64,000 nucleotides of DNA from assembly GCA_964016885.1 (NCBI GenBank), contig OZ024745.1, forward strand, positions 79,112,001 to 79,176,000. The letters run 5' to 3'. Each line of letters opens with the position of its first letter. Position 1 is the first letter of the stretch. The translations under genes and the position numbers were made by a program. The notes beneath the pieces were generated by a model. The model saw only the letters and a program-made list of their open reading frames with translations. It was not told the DNA's origin and made no database searches. The stretch is from Eledone cirrhosa (Eukaryota). This document shows positions 48,746-61,799 of this stretch, one piece after another.

Positions 48746-49401
48746 GATTTCTTTATTAGCCACAAGGGCGCAACAAGAAAGGGGACAATACAAAGACATG
48801 CCGGGGATTTTACATACAGTCGTGTAAAAAATATAAAAACAAACAATTTCAACAATCGAAATCCCCAATAGGGGGGAGGCGCCACAAATGGGTTGTTTAA
48901 TACCCCGTCGATAGAACAACCCTCAACTCGAGGAGCGTGTTGTGCAAGTGCTCCTTTCTTCCTTTTGCTCTCTTCCTCAACCTACAGGCTTATAAACAGA
49001 GAAGGCCCAATCACTCGGGCCATTTTCGCTTCATTCACCCACCTTTCAGTAAATTTACTGGGGTGCAGTGCCTCTCTCTCCACCCTGATTCTCCTTCTAA
49101 AGTGATACTTAAAGAAGGGAATCAATTGTTGTCCGGAGAGAAAGGCATCTGTCCTCAGTCCTCTCAACCTCGTCCACCATATAACTTCTTTCACCATAGC
49201 CACCGTACAGAGGAAAACCGCCTCTCTTTCGTTTTTGAAAGAGTCTGGCGGTTTGATCCTTACTATGGACTCGGCAGTCAACTGTATTTGTCCCATACGC
49301 AACAGCAGTTGTTCTGCATAGTTCCACAGGTCGGTTACGCCTGGGCAGTGTACAATTGCGTGCAGAACTGTTTCAATGTCCTGCGCACATCTTGGACACG
49401 T
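48746..49401 (-). mobile_element. 5'-truncated L1/Tx1-like LINE 3' end with a 15-bp TSD
   Basis: Zinc knuckle CPRC....ETVLHAIVHC, W..R and F..RW motifs; 3' AATAAAGAAAT; TSD CCGGTTCTTAAGATA at 48731-48745 and 49402-49416. Confidence 0.88.
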
Positions 49402-49484
49402 CCGGTTCTTAAGATAAGTAGTGGGACAGGACTCAATGAAATTGTCTTCACTATTCACCTCTCCTAGTTTTATATGAAACCATT

Positions 49485-49652
49485 AGGGGGTCGGACGCCA
49501 TGCTTTGACGTATAGAGTTACGGCCCTTGCCATTCTGAGTTCAAATCCCGCCGAGGTTAACTTTACCTTTCATCCTTACGGGGTCGGTAATATAAAGTAC
49601 CAGTAATGTACTGGGTAATTGCTGGCCTTGTGCCAAAAGTAGAAACAATTAT
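49485..49652 (+). mobile_element. Family-A SINE
   Basis: Conserved core; ends ~60 bp before a FANCI acceptor. Confidence 0.85.
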
Positions 49653-49711
49653 ATTATTATCTTGTACAAATGTTTTATCTTTCTCTTGGATTTCATTTTT
49701 TATTAATGCAG

Positions 49712-49840
49712 GATTCTTGAATTGTTCCCTAAACTAATATCAGTCGTTGCCACAAGAGAAAAGGTTCCTATTGATGACATCAATTGGTTGAAAGGTTCTG
49801 ATTTTAAAAGTCAAATCCTCAACAAAATTTGTTCTAACAA
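49712..49840 (+). CDS. FANCI: FANCI coding exon 5
   Basis: gcag|ILELFPKLISVVATREK...KGSDFKSQILNKICSN|gtttgt; 129 nt, phase 2-2. Compare human SLELLPIIL...LINTLCS. Confidence 0.9.
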
Positions 49841-51360
49841 GTTTGTATATGTTTTACACTGTTCTTTTTGTTGTTTTATGTTAGATTTTGTTGAATTGTT
49901 ACTGCACATATTGAATAGGTGTTGGATTAAGGATCCTTGGCTGGTATGTCTATCCCATCATTGGAGTTGAATTGTGCAAGTGGCCAACATATTAACTATC
50001 AAACAGCCTCTGTTTGTTCAATAGTAAATATATATTAGAGAGATATGCACCTTTCTGATGTAAGTAACCGAAGCACAGTATAGCTAGTGTGTGTTTCCTT
50101 AGCTTGCATCCATCATTGTTATTTTATGAATTTTTTTCTTTTTGTCAAGGTGCATGACCTAGTGATTAGGGTGTTGGACTTACGATCATAATGTCATGGG
50201 TCTGATTTCTGGACTGGACTGTGCCTTGTATTCTTGAGCTTAACTTTTCATTTCACATTGCTCTAGTAGACTCAGCTGAAAATGAGTACCAGCAGCAGTT
50301 GGGGAATCAACATTGTGATGGACTGGTGTCCTGTCCAGGGAGAAGTCTTGTACCCTTAGTCATTTAATGCTGATGAAACTAGGATAAGCACTGGCCTGAT
50401 GAGCTTCTGGGCTTGGGAAGAAAAAGTCTTTTTCTATGCTGGCATGAGTTGGATGAGTCTCATCATTTGTCATCTGTCCTCTGACACACAATGGTAGAGA
50501 AAATCAGCCAACTTTGTGTATGCCTTGCAGTGTGGATTGAATGCGTTTCATCATTTCACTGAACTAGAGAGGTTGTTATATGGGAGAGGACTAAAAGATT
50601 TCCTCTATGCTATACCAGTTCTTATTCAAAGTGACTGCTTCCAGAGTCCATGTTTCACTTCTACATTCCATTTTTTTTTTTACATGGTTATTATAGCTGG
50701 ATGCTCTTCCTGTCTTCAATTCCTTTATAAAGTTCAGTTTATCATGTTACAGACAATAAGCTAATTGTCCTCATGCAAAAGGGCTAAAGAGTCCCTCTAC
50801 CTTGTATCAGTTCTTATTTGAACTTACTTTAATCTTATACAATGCAGCTCATTGAGTCTATGTTTCGTTTGTATTTGAATTCATATTTTTCTGTATGTTG
50901 CTTGGAGAAGGATGGATTCTACTAAGCTGACTTTACCAAAATATGCAACTTAAAGTTAAAATCTAGTCCACCCACCACCCAATAAGTTAGGGGGGAGGGG
51001 CGTTCACTTCTTATTTAGAAGACATTTTACATAAGAAAATATAGACTGACAAATGTTAAATTATTATGTTCAAAATGCCTGTTAGCTTCAACCGTCATGC
51101 ACGAAGCAAAATGAATGAGGTGATTTTGTCATGAACATGATTGCTACAGAAGTGAACTAAATGAAATTGATCATATGTGTTTGTGTAACCAGCTATAGAG
51201 AACTTTATTTTCTAGAATCAGGAATTTATTCGATAGTCACTTGAGCCTTGATGAAATAAAACAAACTAGGTATATTTATTGTAGACACAAAGACTTGTAG
51301 AAGACATTACTGAATCATTTAAATATAATTCTTTTTTTTTTTCATCTTTTTCTCTCCCAG

Positions 51361-51526
51361 ATGGAATACCAAATTTGTGATACCACTTGTTGGCATGCTG
51401 AAAGATGTCCAGATGTCTACTGATGAGCTGGAATTTGTCATTGATAAAACACTTCGCATCTTTCCAGAGTTAGACATCTATGATCTGCCAGCACTGATCT
51501 TGAATTTGTTGCTCTTATCAATAAAA
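51361..51526 (+). CDS. FANCI: FANCI coding exon 6
   Basis: cccag|WNTKFVIPLVGMLKDVQMSTDELEFVIDK...LLLLSIK|gtgcgt; 166 nt, phase 2-0. Confidence 0.93.
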
Positions 51527-52957
51527 GTGCGTATTCTTTCACCACCCTCACTTTCGTTTTATTTTAACATCTTTCAGTGGTATCTGTTCTTTCCCTCTCT
51601 CTTTTTTTTGTGTTTTTGTGTGAATGTTTCTGAAAACTTGGATGTTTGTATATATTGACAGATGTGCAGTTGGATGAATTTAACCCTTTTGATACCAACA
51701 CGCTCCAAAACGGCCATAGTTCTATTAAATAAAACCACAAATTTTTCCAATTTTTTTTTATATAAGAGTCATTTGTTAAGTTACTATCTTAGTAATGAAA
51801 TAATTTATAATTTTAGTAAATCTTTCAAAATTCTTCATTAATTAATGATTTCTAATTTAGGCACAAGGCCAAGAATTTGTTGGGTGGGAGAAAGTTGAAA
51901 TAATTTAATCTAGTATGTGACTTGTACTTTATTTTATTTTATTGACTCCGAAAGGATAAAAAGTAAAGTTGACTGAAATGGGATTCAAACTCAGAATGTA
52001 GTGACTAAACTCTGATATTGCCAATACACTGCCCATTAATTAATTGAAATAGAGTGTATTTAATTAGAAAGAAGCCAGCTTACTAACGGAAAACTCAATA
52101 GTTTTTTTTTCTTGTTACCAATGTGCTGAGTCTATGGCTAAGCTATCTAACATTCATTGGTCCAGTTTTCTTAGATACATATAGCTATCCTATACTGTTA
52201 CAGCCTTTTTTGTTAGTTGTGAGAGCATAATAAAATTGACAAATTTGCATTGTAGTTTTTATTGTAGTGTATTGGTAATATACAAAACAAATTAGCTAAG
52301 TGGATAAGGTCTTCGACTACCAGCTCCTCAGTCTTTAGTGTTCAAATCCTCTACAGATGTTATTGTGTATGCTTTGGTAAGCTAGCTTATGGAAATGGCC
52401 AATAGATTATCTAAGAATATCACCCTGCACCTTTTTATACAGCTGTCATCCTTCATACGCATTACATGGCCATACCAGGTATGTATGTTTTGTTGATCAT
52501 ATGACAACCAACTTGTTCAACCTGCGTGTGTGTATATGCATGTGCATATATAAGTGTGTAAGTTCATTGCAGGCATTTTAATATTGACAATGTTTAAAGC
52601 ATTTGTTTATGTCTTCTATCAACAATGCATCTGGCAGTATATCAGTATTTGATGAAGATGAGAGGTACACACTGTATTTATAAATAAGATACAGGTTGAT
52701 GTCAGGAAGGGTATCCAGCTGTAGAAAAACTGCTGCAAACGTCTTGGCCAATCCATGCTAGCATAGAGTTAATGGAAATAAAAACAATTATGTTGATGAT
52801 AGTGGTGGTGATGACAAAGAGGAGGAGATACTGTATTCAAGAATCATACAACCTATGTTTACATGGAAAAATAAGATAATGGTGAAGATGACAATGTTGA
52901 TGGTTTAAATATTTTAACTTAATTTCTATAATGAATAATTTTTTCCTTCCTCTTTAG

Positions 52958-53040
52958 GGTCACCAACAGAAAGTTTTGGAAGGTATTATGGATTTCTTTA
53001 TTGAAAAAGAAAATTTCCTTCGAGAACAAGAGAAAAACAT
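52958..53040 (+). CDS. FANCI: FANCI coding exon 7
   Basis: tttag|GHQQKVLEGIMDFFIEKENFLREQEKN|gtgag; 83 nt, phase 0-2. Confidence 0.92.
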
Positions 53041-53568
53041 GTGAGTTATTTTTCTCTTGCAGGTTATTATTGTTGTTTAACTCTAGGTTAACATTGATTG
53101 AGCAGACCTATGATCAAAGACATTCTAGCCGTGATCATTCCACCCTTTTAAGGGTATGTAGAACTACATTATCTAATGTGTTCTTCCCTTATTTAAGATA
53201 ATGTGCAATTTTAGAGAGATTTGAGTGCTATTATTAGCAGGTTGGGCGACCATGTAGAGGCTTGTTAGCTTGTCTCTTACATATATCAACCTGGTCAACA
53301 TCCTAACATATGTAACAACAAAGCATACAGTGCAGACCCTTTGAGCAGTATTTCTAGTTTGAATTTATGACTATGTAGTCATTAGTTCAACACTTTAAGC
53401 TTACAAACTCAGTATTTTCATGCACCTTACATTTTTGTATATTCCTGTTAGAATTCATTGTATCGAAACGTCTCATTTTAAATTTACAATCTGTTCAATG
53501 AGACTCTATTCTAATGTATCCCTTTTAATGTTTTTTCTTCATTTTTTTTTAATCTTTCATTTTTTAAG

Positions 53569-53704
53569 GGACAGCATTGATCTAAGTGTGGAACTTATTG
53601 ACAAGAGCACATTACGTAATATAGAAGGAACAGTCATTCTCCATTCTGTGTATGCAATCAAACAAGATAATGATTTAATCAAAGAATTAATTAAATTTCT
53701 TAAA
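53569..53704 (+). CDS. FANCI: FANCI coding exon 8
   Basis: taag|DSIDLSVELIDKSTLRNIEGTVILHSVYAIKQD..LIKELIKFLK|gtaag; 136 nt. Compare human LRHVEGTIILHIVFAIKLD. Confidence 0.95.
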
Positions 53705-53741
53705 GTAAGTCTTAACACATCATTGTTGTCTTAGCTGCAAT

Positions 53742-54310
53742 GATAATTGTTTCTACTTTTGGCACAAGGCCAGCAATTACCCCAGTGTATTACTGGTGCT
53801 TTATTTTATCGATCCCATAAGGTTGAAAGGCAAAGTTAACCTCGGCAGAATTTTTGCTGCAATAATAACAATAATGGTTTCTAATTTTGGCACAATGCTA
53901 GCAATTTGCAGGGAGAAGAAATTCAATTGTTTTGACCATAAGTACTTGAGTGGTACTATATTTTATCAACCTTGGAAGGATGACTGACAAAGTTGACTTT
54001 GGCATGATTTGTATTCAGAAAGTAAAGAGCTGGAACAAATACTGCTAAGTATTTGTCTGATGTTCTAACAATTCTGCCAATCCACCAAATAATTCTTTCT
54101 AACATTGTTACAAAAGCAGAAATTTGGGAGAAGAGCAAAATTGATTATATTGACCCAATATTTAACTGGTAGTTTACTCTACTGACCTCGGGAGAATGAA
54201 AAGTAAAGTTGATCCCTGCATGATTTGAAACCAGAATGTAGAAGGCCATAACAAAATACTATAATGCATTTCATCCAATGCACTACAATTCTACCATCAC
54301 CCTCTCAAAT
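53742..54310 (-). mobile_element. Tandem cluster of three family-A SINEs of different ages
   Basis: Cores at ~53742-53850, ~53870-54090 and ~54100-54310. Confidence 0.7.
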
Positions 54311-55459
54311 CCATAACAATTCACCAATTAATAACAACAAAATTGACAAATTTTGGATGGGTCTACATCACAGTACCTCTTTCTATTTTTTTTCAATTCT
54401 GTGCCATTTTTTCTGTTTTGTTCACAGCTCTAAGGTCTTCTCACCCCACTGTTGCTACTGCCATTTGTGATGATATATATTTTCTCATATTAGCCTGAGT
54501 GAGATGAGTTAGGGTTAGACCAGATCAGCATATCTCTATTAGTTTTCATTTTGTGTTATTTTTGTCTGTGAGGTATCACTTCCTTTACTGTCTTATTTCT
54601 AAGCCAAACTCTGTAAGCCTCAGTCTTTGTTAAGAAGGCATCTTTAACCTCCTAATTAAACTGAAGTTGGTGCAATAATAGTGTTGGTTCCAGAATACAT
54701 GCTGTCCACTCTGTAAAGTGATATTGTAGCGAATTCTTATATAGTGATGGTGAGTTGTGTAACAATAGAATGTTGTTTGTAGAGACAGAATGTAGAGTAG
54801 ATTCGCGTGCGAGTTGATGAGGAACTTTACCCATATATGCGTAATGAATCCATTGAAAGAGGAGATATTTTTATTTTCTTATTTTGAGATCTATTGTCAA
54901 GGATTCTCCATTTTTGGCAGTTGAAATTTGCATTATTGCAAAAAATATTTTAATGCAATTATGCAAATTACTACTGTTAAAAATGTTTAGAATTCTTTCC
55001 CTACTTTTAAAAATCTTTGTCCACTGGTGTAGCAGTTTCAAGAGGGTTATGCTTTGCTGGTGAAGTCTATTAAGACTGGAACATAGCCTCCATTGTGCTT
55101 GCCAACAAATATCCCACCTTTCTCTTTGAAAACTGCTAACAATTGCCATCAGATCAGTTCTTACTTTCTCTAACTAAGACGAAAAAAAAAAAAAATTTTA
55201 TTGCTTACTTCATTCAGTACATCATCACCTGCCTTAATTATAGGTCGTCTAGGTGTCATGACAAAAAGCATCCAGCACACATTGTAGATGTGGTTGGCGT
55301 TGGAAGGGTATCCAGCCATAGAAACCAAGCCAAAATCAGCCCTCCATGAGCGAAACACAGTCCTCCGACCAGATCTCTCACAAAGGGACAGCCTGTCTTA
55401 CCCATGCTAGCATGGCAAATGGTTGTTAAATGATGATGATGAGGATGATGCAATGACCC

Positions 55460-56010
55460 ATTATCACGAACATTTTATGTTTGCTTTTCCGTGTTTGCAT
55501 GGGTCAAGTAAATCCTTTTCAGTACAGCATTCCTCCACTCGTGGCCCTTCATCATTTTTGCTGTGAGCTTCAGCAATTTTTGATTTGCTCTCCTGAATTC
55601 TGCCCAGGCTTTCTTTGGTCTCTCTCTACTGCAACTTCCTTTTGCTGGGATTTCTTGGCACTTCTTCTCTCTGTGATCATTCTCCATATGCATCACATGT
55701 TCATACCAGTGAATTCTTCTCTCTCGCACATTGTATCTGATTCTTGCTATATCCAGTTTTTCTCTCAGCTCACCTGTGCTTCATCGTTCATGCATATTAA
55801 CATTACACATCCAACAGAGCATGCTCTCGTCATTTCTCTCTATCCTTAGCACACTCTCTGCATTCACCACCTAAGTCTCATTGCCATGCAACATTGCACT
55901 TCTCACACAGACATCATACAATCTGTCCTTTTGGAGAGAAAGTCCTTTCTTCAGAGCTAGTAACTCTCTGAACTTTTTCCACTTTGTTCTTATTCTAGCT
56001 ACTATACTAT
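55460..56010 (-). mobile_element. Decayed RTE-like LINE fragment
   Basis: MRERRIHWYEHVMHM...RERPKKAW. Confidence 0.7.
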
Positions 56011-58070
56011 GTTTCATCATTTTACAATTATTATTTGCATAACATAACGAGCCAAAAAGGGTGCTTGTAATTGGCTGCTTGACCTATGAGAAATAGCAGC
56101 CAAATCTCCCTTAAATTACACCCTACTACCTAAAAAAAAGGAAAAACACATTGGTCAATTTTATTCTAGATACACTTATCATCATCATCATTTAACATCT
56201 ATTTTTCCATGCGTGGGTTAGATTGGTTGTCACGTTATGAGACAAGACAAGACCGGAGATTATGTCTTGTTCATAGGGATCTATATTTTGGCTTGGTTTC
56301 TACAGCTAGATGCCCTTCCTAATGCCAATCACATTATAGTATGGAACCACATTACTGCATCTGGAAAAAAAGATAGGGTGTTTATTGTTGAAATGTCATA
56401 GGTCAGCTTGGCTGACCTTGGGTTAAACAACATCAGCTTACATAACAATGGTCATTTTTTAAATTTCATTTTACTGTTTCATGTATATTTTGATATTTGG
56501 ATGTCATTAATCTGTATTAAAACAATACAATAACCATTGTCTCACCATCTCAAAAGAAGGGGAAAAAAAACAAACAAACTCTGACACCTATAATTACACA
56601 ATTGTTCATTTCTCTTTTTGCATCCAAGGCATTTGCTATTGTTTTTAAAGTTTTCAATGTTTTTGTTTAATTTCTGCCCTCGTCTCTTCCCCTGACACAT
56701 CTCTCTTCCCCTCTCCCTCCCTCTCTCACTGTCTTCTGTTTTCTGTTTTTAAAGGTTAAATAATTTGTAGTTTAACATCATGCAAAGATATCATTGAAAC
56801 ATTTTTGCATGTCACTGCATCTGTTCACACTATTCAAAGGATTTCAGTCTCTCTCTCTCTCTGCTTTTTTTTCATGTATTATTCACTCTAGAAACTAATC
56901 TTTTAGCCATTTGCTTACACCTTTGTATTTGTTTCATACAAAGCTTATTGTGCTTTTCTATTATCAAGCCTTTTGTCTGTGTTCTAGTCACATATATTTA
57001 CTAAGCCACTTGTGTATCTGCTCTGGTATCTTAGAAACTACTGCAGATAAGAAGGAAGGGCAATCGTGTTTATCAAAGTTTACTAAGCATATTTGAAAAA
57101 TGGCTTTATTTGTATTGCTCCATTCTGCACGGCTGGGAAAAATTAGTTGTACCTGTAATTCAAAAAGCCAGCCATGTCACACACTATGTTACACTGATTC
57201 TCCCTGAGTATTATATCTAGGGTGTACATGTCAGTAGAATGCTCAGCTAGTTGTCTGTTAATTTCATGAACAAGTTAAGTTGTTTGAACAACTGGAACAC
57301 TCATCATTTGAACTGCTGGAGGTCTAACACACATACAACACAGGTTATCATCAATTAGTTATATATGGAACTGGGGACCTTGCCTGAAGTATAAGGGTCA
57401 GTGATATCATGGAGAGCTTTACTGGAAGTAGAAGGGTGACGTCACATAAGCGGGAGTAGGACCAGGAGTCGGTCTCTCACTTTCAGACTGTTTGGCACAG
57501 AGGATGTGTTTTTCCTGCATGAGTTCAGGATATGTGTTTGTAGGTTCTGGTCAGAGGCTTGGCAGGTAGGGCCTTCACGGATATACCCTATCTGGACAAG
57601 ATCAATCAGAGATGTCTCGTGTGTTAGGTTAGCTATGCCTTTTCCCCCTTTATTACAAGCCATTTCAGCATCATGTGTGTGTGTGTTTTTTCTCTTCTCT
57701 CTTGAAATTCCGGAACTGGGCTCCAGCACAAACAGACAAGAACTGTTCTTGATGTGTGAAAGGTTGATTGGTCACTATCCAATTGCAGGGTGTCTCTGAA
57801 CAGCATGTAGCCATATCAAGAGATGAGCAGATGAGGTGAACTGGGGTGGGGGTGGGGGGACAGGACGATGGTTATGAAGCAGGAGATCCTCACCATTCTC
57901 TAGGGAAACGCCTTCTTTATTCTCTCTGCTGGGGCCGTGGGGCAGCCAGCAAGTGGGCCCCCATTTGCTCACAGTAGTGAGAGATGGCGGCAGTGACAGT
58001 GGGAGTTTGGTTTCATTGTGTTCGGACCTGGTATATATGTATATATTTATTTACCACACCACATTAACTG

Positions 58071-58124
<54 letters not shown>

Positions 58125-58195
58125 TCACCTAAGTTCTTCCTTAACAACACTCCTTCTCTATCTCTCTACAAAAGGTGTTATTCTCTAAGATACTG

Positions 58196-58345
58196 TTAAC
58201 AACTCAGTGAAAGTTATATTATAACAGCTCAGAGTAAGTTGTTTTATAACAACTCAGTGTAACTTATTTTATAACAGCTCAGTGTAACTTATTTTATAAC
58301 AGCTCAGTGTAACTTATTTTATAACAGCTCACTGAAAGTTATTTT
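58196..58345. repeat. 25-bp minisatellite, 6 copies
   Basis: Unit ATAACAGCTCAGTGTAACTTATTTT starting at 58196, 58221, 58246, 58271, 58296 and 58321. Confidence 0.92.
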
Positions 58346-58419
58346 CATTTCTCATTTGACAATGGATAGCGAAATTGAAGAAAATGAATTTGAAAACATC
58401 ATCTTGTTTTTCCCAGAAT

Positions 58420-58940
58420 GAATCAGTCAATGAGATTGATATGGGGTGGAATGTTCCAACTGTTCTGAAACGTTTCCGAAGGGCTCTGATTGAAAAGTGA
58501 GAGAGGCTTCATCGCTTCCTTTCTCATTTCACATCAAGGTCTACTTGTGTTGCCTTTTTTTGGCATGAAACCATGTGTCAGCTGTGAGAGGATGTTGTCA
58601 TAATACAGCTATCAGTTTTGCAAAGCCCACAAATCTGGTCTCTTGCACTGAATTGCATCATGAAAATATTGGAGGACTTTTTGATAGTACACCTTTAACT
58701 GTTTGCCCTTCTGGCACGTATTTCTGATGCACAATGCCTTGGTAGTTGAAGAAAACAGCATCGCCTTGAATTTTCCCCACATCTGACATTCTTTTTTTGG
58801 GCCTTGGCAACATTGGATGTTTCACTATGATGACTGAGCTTTGGTTTTCCCGGTTGTACCTGTACACCAAGTCATCACAGTATTCAAAAACTCAGGCTCC
58901 TTGTTGGCAATGTTGAACTTAATGAAAATGCAACAGTACT
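58420..58940 (-). mobile_element. Decayed mariner transposase
   Basis: YRYN.E.K.QSS, PRPKK and VFFNYQGIVHQKYVPEGQTV motifs with frameshifts. Confidence 0.8.
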
Positions 58941-59213
58941 GACTGTTTGAAAGCAACTGACAACTCCAGCAAGTTTGCCAAAAGTCATACATGTGTAGGA
59001 ATGTATGCTGCTCACCCTGCACACTCTTGTCTCCCTAATAAACAGGTTTGTCTCATAAAACTAGGGGCAGTTTCAAATTGCTTGATATCAAAAGGATTAA
59101 ATGACTAAAGCAAAATAGATGAAATATAATATGTAGACATATATATTTTGATTATTTTCTCTAAAATTCTTCTTGGTTTAATAAAGTTTTTTTTTTTTAT
59201 ACTTATCTTCCAG

Positions 59214-59306
59214 ATGGAATTACAAACAATAACAATGAAATCTTTGAATCCTTTTGTGCTGGCTATGTCTTTAACCATTGGTCAAGTATTTCACTTTAGA
59301 GATCAA
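59214..59306 (+). CDS. FANCI: FANCI coding exon 9
   Basis: ccag|MELQTITMKSLNPFVLAMSLTIGQVFHFRDQ|gtaag; 93 nt, phase 0-0. Confidence 0.92.
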
Positions 59307-59634
59307 GTAAGTATTTATGTTTCAATTAGTTAGGAAGAGGAGAAGAGGCACTAGCCATGACCTGTACATGCCCTGCCTGACTGGTGAGATAATTGTGGTG
59401 GATGATCAGTTTGAGCATCTGCATTGAAAATCTGGTTAAGAATTCCAGAGAACTTCAAATGTGCTGAGAAATGGGTAAAATGTTCAGCCCAGGATCTTGA
59501 GACAGATGTGAGGAGATAAAATGGCGCAGCTTGCTTATTTTTCATCTGTTTTCCCTGCTTGTATGGGTTGGTCGAGTTGTCACATTTTGAGGCTAGTTGG
59601 GCCAGATTGTGTCGTATCTTTTATTATAACTGAA

Positions 59635-59850
59635 GTTGGTTGATTGGTAAAGTGTTGGACAAAATAACCTAGTGGTATTTAGTTACATCTCTTTATGTTC
59701 TGAGTTCAAATCCCGCCGAGGTTAGCTTTGCCTTTCATCCTTATAGGGGCCGATAAATTAAAGAACCAGCAAGGCACTAAGGTTGATTTAATCGACTTCC
59801 CCTCCTCCCCAAATTGTTGGCCTTGTGCCTAAATTAAAAAATATTATTAT
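59635..59850 (+). mobile_element. Family-A SINE
   Basis: GAGTTCAAATCCCGCCGAGG...GCCTTTCATCC core. Confidence 0.8.
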
Positions 59851-59887
59851 TTTTTCATGAATGAATATGTTCTTTGGAATTAAACAG

Positions 59888-60024
59888 ATTTTTACCTTGC
59901 TGAAGAGTATTATTCTGAAGAGCTACACTGATGCTGAACGACAGCAACGATGTATTTGGTTACACGAGAATATATCTGTCATTTCCAAGCCTGATAGTTT
60001 TGTCATGGAAGTCATTGAAAACAG
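59888..60024 (+). CDS. FANCI: FANCI coding exon 10
   Basis: acag|IFTLLKSIILKSYTDAE...FVMEVIEN-S|gtgac; 137 nt, phase 0-2. Confidence 0.9.
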
Positions 60025-61038
60025 GTGACTTCTTAATCTTTTATTTATTTACTCATTTATTGTGTAGTTGTGTAGATGAGTGGTTGTCTGGAAGTTATGA
60101 GTGGTTGCCTGAATTGATTTAAACTTTGATTGTTGCTTGGGTTAGCTCAACCCCTGTTTAGTGCCTGTATTGATACAAGCCTTGAGTGGTTGACAGGATA
60201 ATTCAAGCTTTGATTAGTTTCCTAAATTGACTTGACTTGAGAGTTTTGTCATTGCTTGAATTGTCTTAACTGGGCAGTTGAATAATTTTTCTAAACTTTT
60301 TGGAGTTGTCTCAGTGTTTTATCATTGTTATTTGTTGGTGCTGCAGCATGACCACAATCCAATGACCAAAATTAGTAAAATAATAGAAAAAATTGTTTAT
60401 TTTACGTTTGCTTTTGTATGCTAGCATAAGTTAAAGAAAACTTTTTGAGGAAGTATTTATATGGTCTGATGCTCTTTCTGATGGTAATCCCTTCTTTATT
60501 TATAAATATGGTATATACCACTCCTCTTTGTTGAACACTGCAGGACATTGTTTATGTGTATCATAAACATATGACTCTAATTGCTTTAAATCTTGTCGAT
60601 ATGAAGATGCATGTAGTAAACTGACACATGCACACACACATGCAGCATTCCAGCAACCAAATTCACTCACAAAGCATTCGTTGACCTGAAGCTATGTTAG
60701 AAGACCCATGTGGTTGCAAAGAAAACCTTTTATCTGTTACATTTGCATATTTGTTGAAATGGATGTAGTATTATTTCTTTTGTTGTAGTTTTATCACCGA
60801 TTTTAGTCTTAGCCATGTTAGAGTCATTGAAAGATGAAATTCTTCATGCCAGCATGGAAAAAACGATGATGATGATGATATTATTTGAAAACTATATTTT
60901 GAATATATGAGTACAGGCATGGCTATGTGAGAAGAGCTGCATTGTTGAGGAAACAAATTGATTTGTTTCATTTACCATCGTTTATCTTTCATATTTTCTA
61001 CTGCATTGTACTGGCTTTTAAAAAACGTATTGGTCATT

Positions 61039-61077
<39 letters not shown>

Positions 61078-61417
61078 TATTTGGGGAAGGTCATATTGAT
61101 ATAATATTGCCAGAAATATATAATAAAACACACTCACTGTTTGGTTTGGGTTGGTTTTTGCTTCCGTATATTTTATATCCCTATAGTTAATTTAGCTGGC
61201 AATCAATTTTATCATTGATTGACTGACAGTTAAAAAACAAAAAAACAAAAACAAAAACAAAATATATATATATATAGCCTCTCAGGGTTCTTTTGTCACA
61301 CACCCGTGATATCATCAGTGATACTATTATGTTTCTTCCTGTTGTACTGTAATCTTTACTTATATATATATATATATATATTTTACACATACATTATTAT
61401 ATATTTATTCTGTGCAG

Positions 61418-61592
61418 CATTTATGGATGGGACAATGTTGTACTTGGTTTAATACAACTTGGATTTATTTTAATGGATTCATATGGACCTAAAAGTTCCT
61501 TTGGCCGTGTTGAAGGTGTAACATTAAACCAACCTGTATTACACCAAAAGGCCTGCAATTTAGGCTGTCAAATACTTCTACAAACATTCAAG
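61418..61592 (+). CDS. FANCI: FANCI coding exon 11
   Basis: gcag|[25 protein letters not shown]...ACNLGCQILLQTFK|gtaag; 175 nt. Compare human [22 protein letters not shown]. Confidence 0.96.
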
Positions 61593-61799
61593 GTAAGACA
61601 CACTTTGCTTTTTTTTTTCTTATTTGTAGTTCAATTCCTTGCATCTCTTGATCTCAATTCAAACTTTTTTCTCATATGAAAAAATGGTAGAAATTATTCA
61701 GGATTGGTAAGTTTGCATTGAACTGTGTTCACCATCTGGTTTTGACTTCCTCTTCTAGCCTATTTCACTTCTTTGCTTATTTCATTGCATGCTTATAAT

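Noticed and set aside
48937-49467. 176-aa plus-strand ORF
   Set aside because: It is the antisense shadow of the L1/Tx1 fragment.
49841-51532. U12-type introns at the weak donors GTTTGT and GTGCGT
   Set aside because: Neither matches the U12 consensus RTATCCTT; they are ordinary weak U2 donors.
57380-58030. GC-richer block with 65-97 aa ORFs in a FANCI intron as extra exons
   Set aside because: FANCI exons 53569-53704 and 59214-59306 join in frame and are colinear with the known protein; the block is likely an unclassified transposon remnant.
58196-58345. CRISPR-like array
   Set aside because: Units are contiguous with no unique spacers, there are no cas genes, and it lies in a eukaryotic intron.
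61075-61130. Hammerhead-like GAAATATATA in a TA-embedded insert
   Set aside because: There is no CUGANGA core (it reads TTGGGGA).
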